From contig NC_067401.1 of the NCBI RefSeq assembly GCF_016432865.1, positions 111,104,001 to 111,168,000 on the forward strand: DNA of 64,000 nucleotides. The letters are read 5' to 3'. Below are positions 58,131-64,000 of the stretch, one piece after another. Under the pieces are notes generated by a model, which did no database searches, was not told where the DNA came from, and saw only the letters and a program-made list of their open reading frames with translations. Position numbers and translations under genes: made by a program. Source of the DNA: Antechinus flavipes (lineage: Eukaryota). How positions within the stretch are numbered: the stretch's first letter is position 1; each line of letters opens with the position of its first letter.

Positions 58131-59427
58131 CCTCACCTGCAGGGGGGATGGAAACACGGGGTTAGCAGAGGGAGCTTTTGAGGGAAGGAGTGAGTGTAGG
58201 GGAGTTTCTTCAACCAAACCCCCAGCTTCAGCAGCTCCATTCATTCCCTCTCCCTGTGAGAAACCATGGCTTGAGAATTCCTGGGGAAAAATACTGGGCA
58301 AAAACAAGAGTTGGAATCTAACCCCAGCTCCGCCACAAATTCAGTGGGATGTTTGTCCAGGTCACCAAAACTCAAGGTTCCTCGTCTGTGAGCCACCATG
58401 GGATCGCAGCTTTAGAGGTTAATAGTCCAACTCTTTACAGATGCAGAAACTGAGGTACAAAGGTGGCCCGTGCGGCGTCCCACAGATAACAAGCGGCTCT
58501 AGGTGTGAGCCCGCCCGGAGCGCAGGACTTTCACCTCTGGCTGCGCTTCTGAGGGATCTCTAAGCTGTTTAACTGAGACTTCCATGCAGTGTGATCTCTG
58601 CTCTCCCAGCCTCCCTGCAGATACCTCACCTCTCCCACAGGCTGCGGCAGCTCAAAGGAGCCCATGGACGCAGAAGAAAGGCCGCAAAAGGAGTCACAAA
58701 TCGAATGGCGTTTTACCCTAATTTTTTCCCTCCACCAGGTTCTCCCCATCTGGAGCGCCCCTCCCTATCTAGTGGACGGGAAATGTGCAGCTCCCAGGGG
58801 CCCCCCTACATCCTCTCCCCCCTCCAACAATGGGGCCCGGGGAACAGCCACCAAGGGCGCTGGGGTGTCTCTGGTGCTTCCTGCCCAGAAGATAAGCATC
58901 TTGCCCGACCCCTCCCCCACTGACAATAGGCTAGGCTCCCGGCTCCTACCCCCTCCTCACAGATTCCATCTCCCCCTCCCCCATTCCCAGGCGGGCCCTG
59001 GAAGCGGCCACACAAGCACCACTTTATCCTCTTCCCCTACGTTAGCCTAGGTAGGTGAGGATTAGCTGGGGGCAAGACGCCTTCCCACGCCGGCCCTGAG
59101 GGGGCACCCGCGGGGTGGGCGCAGAGGCCGGCCTGCCTGCCGGGAGTCAGGTAGGAGGCAGGCCAGGTCTCCTGTTACACAGATAGTGTCGGTTCCCAAG
59201 GTGCTTTCCCCACAGCGACCCTGCCAGGCAGCTTGCATAAGGGTTCCTAGCTCATTTTGAAACTGGGCCTCGGAGAGGCGGCCTGCCTTGCCCAGAGTCA
59301 CTCAGCAGAGCAGCGAGCGAGCCGGCCCTCTGGCTCCAAGCTTGGCCCTCTGCTTGCCTCCGCTCGGGTGCAGAGAGGGCCCCCGGCTCTCCCCACCTCC
59401 CACCACCCCGGCTCTCCCCACTGAAGC

Positions 59428-59628
59428 GCAGGGAGCCGCGGATCCCAGAACCGGCCCAGGAGCGGCGGATCCCAGAACCGGGCATGGCGGATCCCAGAAC
59501 CGGGCATGGCGGATCCCAGAACCGGGCCGGGAGCCGCGGATCCCAGAACCGGGCATGGCGGATCCCAGAACCGGGCATGGCGGATCCCAGAACCGGGCAT
59601 GGCGGATCCCAGAACCGGGCCGGGAGCT
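59428..59628. repeat. CpG-rich minisatellite: 8 invariant 17-bp cores with 5-bp or 10-bp spacers
   Basis: GCGGATCCCAGAACCGG at 59438, 59465, 59487, 59509, 59536, 59558, 59580 and 59602. Confidence 0.97.
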
Positions 59629-62600
59629 GCGCACAGTGTGACCTTGGGCCTGTCGATTGCTCTCAGCGAGCCAAGGCCCGGAGGCCTTGATGGCCAAGGT
59701 CCCTTCCCGCCCCACGGTTTATGTCCCTGTTACCTCCGCCCCTCCCACAGCAGCTGCCCGGCCGAGGGGACTCGGTTATTTGGGGGAGGGGGAAGGCGGG
59801 GCCCCAAGTTTCCTCGTTAAGACACAAGAGCAGCATTGTGTCGGTGCCGGCTCTCCTGTGCACCTCCCTGACTGCAGAGCCCAGAGCAGGGAGGCTCTCC
59901 CGCCCCCGAGCCTGAGCAAGCGCTGCCCACATGGGCTCTGGGGGTGAGGGAGCCTCCGCAGGTACCCTTCCCCAGGAGGGGCGCGTCGGGGGCCCTCCCT
60001 GCCCCGCTGTGGCTCCGTAAGGCTCTCGGGCCCGAGGCCGGGCAGGAGCAGAACACACCCAGAACCTGAGGTGGGCAGCCACAGGGGACCCGGCTGTCCT
60101 GGGGGTCCGCCGGCCATGAGCTGGGGCACCGAGGGCCCTGGGCTCTTTCCATTCCCTTACTTCTGCCATCCCCCCAGGTTCCCTCCCTCCTTCTCCCACC
60201 CCAGGGGCGATCTCCTTGGCAACCTGGTGTGGCGGGGGTGCTGATTGGCTGACCCCGCTGTCAGGTCACGGGCGCAGCTTGGTTCACCACGCAGCTCTCA
60301 CAGGCTCAGGCAAGAGTGGGTGTTTAACTCCTTAGTGCCACACACTGCCCATTCTAAGGGGATGCTGGTTACGGGAATGAGGGGCAGAGCGAGAGAGGGG
60401 GAGGCCGCATGAGGAATAAGGTCGTTCCTACGCAGGGAGATTCCCCCAGAACCCTGGCACTCATGCCAGTCTGAATGATACCTGGTGCCAACCAGGCGAA
60501 GGGGGCACAGTCCCGGTTTCTGGGACGTGTATGGCCACCAGAGACCTTTCTTTCTCCCGGGCAGGGTGTTGGTGCCCGTGTGCCCACTCCCCCTCGGGCA
60601 CCCTGCCCACCTCTCCGTCCCGAAGCACCCAGCCCCCAACGCCCCATGAGGGCGGCCCCATCCCCACCCTGCCTGGCATGCCCCCTCTTGCTAAGACCTC
60701 GTGGGCATGGACGGGTGTGGTGGTAGTTGGGGGGTGGGGAGGGCAGCTGTGCTGGGGGTGCCAGGGAACCAGGCGAGGTCTGTTTGGTCTGTTTGCCTTG
60801 GGGGGGACGGGAAGCTGGGGGCCCCGCCCCAATCTTCCCCCCTTGCCAGCCACCCCCCACCCCCACCCCCCCAGGCTCCCCTCACTGTCAGGCCTGCTCG
60901 ACCGGCCGGGCAGGTGGGCAGCTCTCTTGAAACTGGGCCCTGAGTCAAATCTGCCCCATCTTGGTTTGGGGGGGGGTGCAATAAAGAGATGAAGTGGGGG
61001 AGACCAATATCACCAGCTAGCCTCCTGGGTGCCAGTGGGCACTAACCAGGGCACGCCGACTTCCCCGGAGCCAAAGGGCAGAGGCCACGGGCCCCGGATT
61101 TGGGTAAAGCAAAGTTTCGTGTCCTGCCCCAGGTGCCAATACCAGGCAGCAGGGACTTGCGGGTTACAATAAAGAGCAGGGCCAATGATGCCAGTCGGTG
61201 CCAGCTGATGGGCAGGTTTAGGAAGCTCTGCGGTGGACAGTTGAGTAAAGCAAGCTGACCACCACCTCCCCCACCTCTGGGATTAGGGGAAACAGCTTAG
61301 TGGGGTGGAGCCGGGATTATGGGGTGAGGGAGAAAATAGACACTGGACTAAGACACAGCATCCATTCCTCCCTCGTTCTCCCCCACCCCCCAGTATTGTC
61401 AGACTCTGGGATGAGGCTGGGCTGGAGGACGGGGCGGAGGCAGGGACGGCAGATTTAGCTCTGGAGTAGCCAGCTAGAGCTGCCTGGTTTCTCCGAGAGA
61501 AGTGTTTAAGATCCCACAGATTTGGAATAAAAACATGGAGACCCTCAAAGAGAGCAAGAAAGATTAGAGCTGGGAGCGCCTGAGCACCTCTTCCCCCGAG
61601 CTCCTCTCCCCCCGCCCCCACCCCATCCCCAGCTTCAGGTTTTCTTCCTGTTTTTGAGGAGTCGGCTCGCACGAAGCCCAGGCTTTGGCCTGCGGCTGGA
61701 CGGGGGGATAGGGTGGGGAGGAGGGGATGACCAAAGAGCCAGACTCGTTTCCCCTAAGACCTGCGGGCCCATTGCCTCCCCGAGACCTTTCTGACCCGTT
61801 CTCAAACCTTGGATCTCAAGGTTGCTCGGTAAGATGGAGAAGCCCGAGGAGAAGAGGGGACGGAAGGCTCATCTGCTGCTCTGCTTGCCATGGCTGCTTC
61901 AGAGAAGGCCTTTTTATCCCAAGGGGCGCGGAGGAGCAGTGCCCTCCAGCTTCTGCCTGCTTCCCCCCCCATCCCTTCCCCCTCCTAACCTCACCACCCC
62001 CAGAACTCACACTTCCTGGGGGCCAAGACAGGGAGGGGAGAGACCGCAAGCCACGAAGGGGGAAGGAGGTGAGAGGAGCTGGCTGCTTCCCGGTGCTGCT
62101 GGGGGGGAGCCCACCTCCGCCCGAGCCCCTCGTCCCGGGCTCCAAGTGCCCCCACTTGACTCTCTGGGTGACACGAGCCCAGGCAGCCTGGGTTCCACCG
62201 GGGAGATGGGAGGGAAGAGGAGGGTGGTGGGATGGGAGGGGGTGCCCAGGGAAAGAAGGCCCCCTTCTCTGAAACGGCCCCCATGGAGGACTTCTTTAGC
62301 CCGCAGCGTCCCCCTGCCCACTTCCCATTCCCGCTGTCTCCCCTGACATACTCTTCTCCCTCCGTTTTCTGCCTCTGGGGCTGATCCCTGTTGTAACCCT
62401 TCTCCCCACTCCTTCGGAACACTCTATCCCCCTCAGGCCCTTCCTGAGACCCGGCCTCGTGTTTCCCACCGACTCCTCCACAGGGTCCCCAGGCCCATGC
62501 AGTTCTCCACTCGAGGGCAGAAGGCAAGAGAAGAACGGAGCACAGCACAGAAATCAAACCGAGCCAGAAGCCTACTTTCTTCAAGAGCCGGCAGTGCCAT

Positions 62601-63348
62601 GGCAGGCGATGCCCCTGTCCAAAGTCCTCCCGACGGCCTCTTGGATCGAGGAAGGGATAGAGGAGGGGAAGAGAAAGAAGGATAGAGGGGGTGGGGTAGG
62701 GTGGGGAGCAGTGAGAGCGGATGTGTGTGGGGGGTGGGGACACGCTGAGACCGTCAGATTTTCCAACCCTGGAACCACCGGACTTCCCCGGGGGGCGCCC
62801 CACTCTGCCTGTTATCCCCTCAGGAAGACCCCAGGATTCGAGGGGCACGTCTGGCTACGGAGGGCACGCCGGCCGGCTCTCTCCAGGGAGGCTTAGCAGG
62901 TGTGCCCAAGGTGCCAGGGTCTGCCCGCTGCCCACCCCCACCCCTTGAGGCTCGGCGTCTGTGGGGCGGGTAACCGAGCCGCCTGGTAACCCCACACCCG
63001 CCATGCTGCCGGCAGAAACCTGAGCCCCCCAGCCCCAGAAGACACCCCAGCCCGGTCCCCTGAGCCCAGCTCCTTGGCCCGCTCGGCCTGCCAACCCCAT
63101 CTCCCCACCTGGCAATCTCCTAGTCCCACTCCCTGAGGGTCCATGTTTCTGTTCTTTCCCGCTTCTCCGGTCCCCTCAATCTTCCCCGGACATCCCGGTC
63201 CCCTCAGTCCCTTCATTTACCCCATCTCCCCCGGAGCGGCTTCTCTTCGGCTCCCCTAGACTGCTTTCCAAGTCTTTGTCGACCCCATTTCTTCCAAGAC
63301 TCCCTAGGGCCTCGGCCTCCTAGTCCCTGGGGAGCGGGCCCCACTCAC

Positions 63349-63389
63349 CTGCACGCTGAGGGGCGGTGGCTGCAACTCCTCCTGGGCCC
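63349..63389 (-). other. ZBTB7B: Probable non-coding 5'UTR exon of ZBTB7B
   Basis: Strong donor GTGCAG|GTGAGT at 63349 in a CpG island. The 5' boundary is uncertain (ccccccag acceptor at 63390, or a first exon). Confidence 0.5.
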
Positions 63390-64000
63390 CTGGGGGGAGC
63401 GGGCAGGGGGGAGGCTGGGCTGGGGGGGTGTTGATGGGCGGGTTGGGGGCGGGATGGGGGGAGCCCGTTCCCCAATCCCGCTCCCTTCTTCAAAGGGGCC
63501 GCCCACGACCCGGCCCAACCCCTCCCCCAGCAGCCTTAACCCTCTGGGTGCCGGCCCTCCCCCCACCTCGGGCTTGGAGGGAGGGGCCCCGGGGAGGGCC
63601 GGCCCTGTGGGAGAAGGCCCCGGGAATCTGGCAGAACCCTGCCTTTGGCACCACGCTGCGCCTCCCGGTCTCCCTCCCTCCTTCCCCCCAACCCTGGAAG
63701 CAGGTGAGGGGGCAAGGAGGAGAAGGAGCCGGGGGTGAGCGGAGGCCGGGCCGCAGGGAGCCCACAAAGCGCATCAGGGCCTGGGCCAGCCAGGGTCGGA
63801 CCGGAGGAGGGAGAGCCGGCTACCTGGGACTTGTGGGGCCCGCGGCAGACCCTCCGCGGCCCCATTCGGGAGCGGGCCCCCCGCCCCGTGGGAGCTGGCC
63901 AGACCCTCCCTCCCTGGTGACAGGCTCGGGCCCTCAGGGGCCAGGCGGGGCGGCACCCCGCCCTCCCCACAGCCTCACCCCAAACCCACTCACATACCAC

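Noticed and set aside
58137-58307. 57-aa N-terminal extension of ZBTB7B in the ORF track
   Set aside because: Lies upstream of a clear acceptor at 58137, so it is intronic.
59428-59628. Repeat-spacer array superficially resembling CRISPR
   Set aside because: Vertebrate intron; spacers are only 5 or 10 nt and themselves repeated; no cas genes. It is a minisatellite.
60210-60250. MHC class II-like X-Y module
   Set aside because: GCAAC-to-CTGATTGG spacing is 17 nt versus about 25 in HLA-DRA (recalled), and there is no X2 box. Kept only as a generic RFX/NF-Y promoter.
61200-64000. ThPOK silencer (RUNX sites)
   Set aside because: No convincing RUNX cluster identified; the element probably lies beyond the window end.
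61727-64000. Many long Pro/Gly-rich ORFs upstream of ZBTB7B
   Set aside because: GC-rich regulatory DNA with overlapping ORFs in all frames and no domain signature.

Overview
Marsupial genomic DNA (inferred from the SINE families; probably a dasyuromorph), syntenic with human 1q21.3-q22 in reverse orientation. Exons were walked manually with GT-AG and reading-phase checks. Gene order: EFNA3 exon 1 (-, start codon hidden in an N gap); EFNA4 (-, 4 exons, 198 aa); ADAM15 (-, 22 core exons, 880 aa); DCST1 (-, 16 coding exons, 707 aa); DCST2 (+, 15 exons, 757 aa), head-to-head with DCST1; and ZBTB7B/ThPOK (-, 2 coding exons, 528 aa), tail-to-tail with DCST2. All five complete ORFs are intact. Most listed six-frame ORFs are GC-rich or repeat-derived noise. 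Most notable observations: a candidate 60-nt frame-preserving cassette exon in the ADAM15 cytoplasmic tail; an apparent precise intron loss and a retained ancestral GGSVDSG juxtamembrane motif in ADAM15; a tandem duplication that copies the EFNA4 exon-2 splice donor; a ~20-bp-phased octamer (ATTTGCAT) array in DCST2 intron 12; a CpG-rich minisatellite with 8 invariant cores upstream of the ZBTB7B coding exon; an AG|GTGAGG recursive-splice-like start of that exon; and direct duplications flanking DCST2 exons 2 and 7. Human and mouse comparisons are from memory, not database searches.
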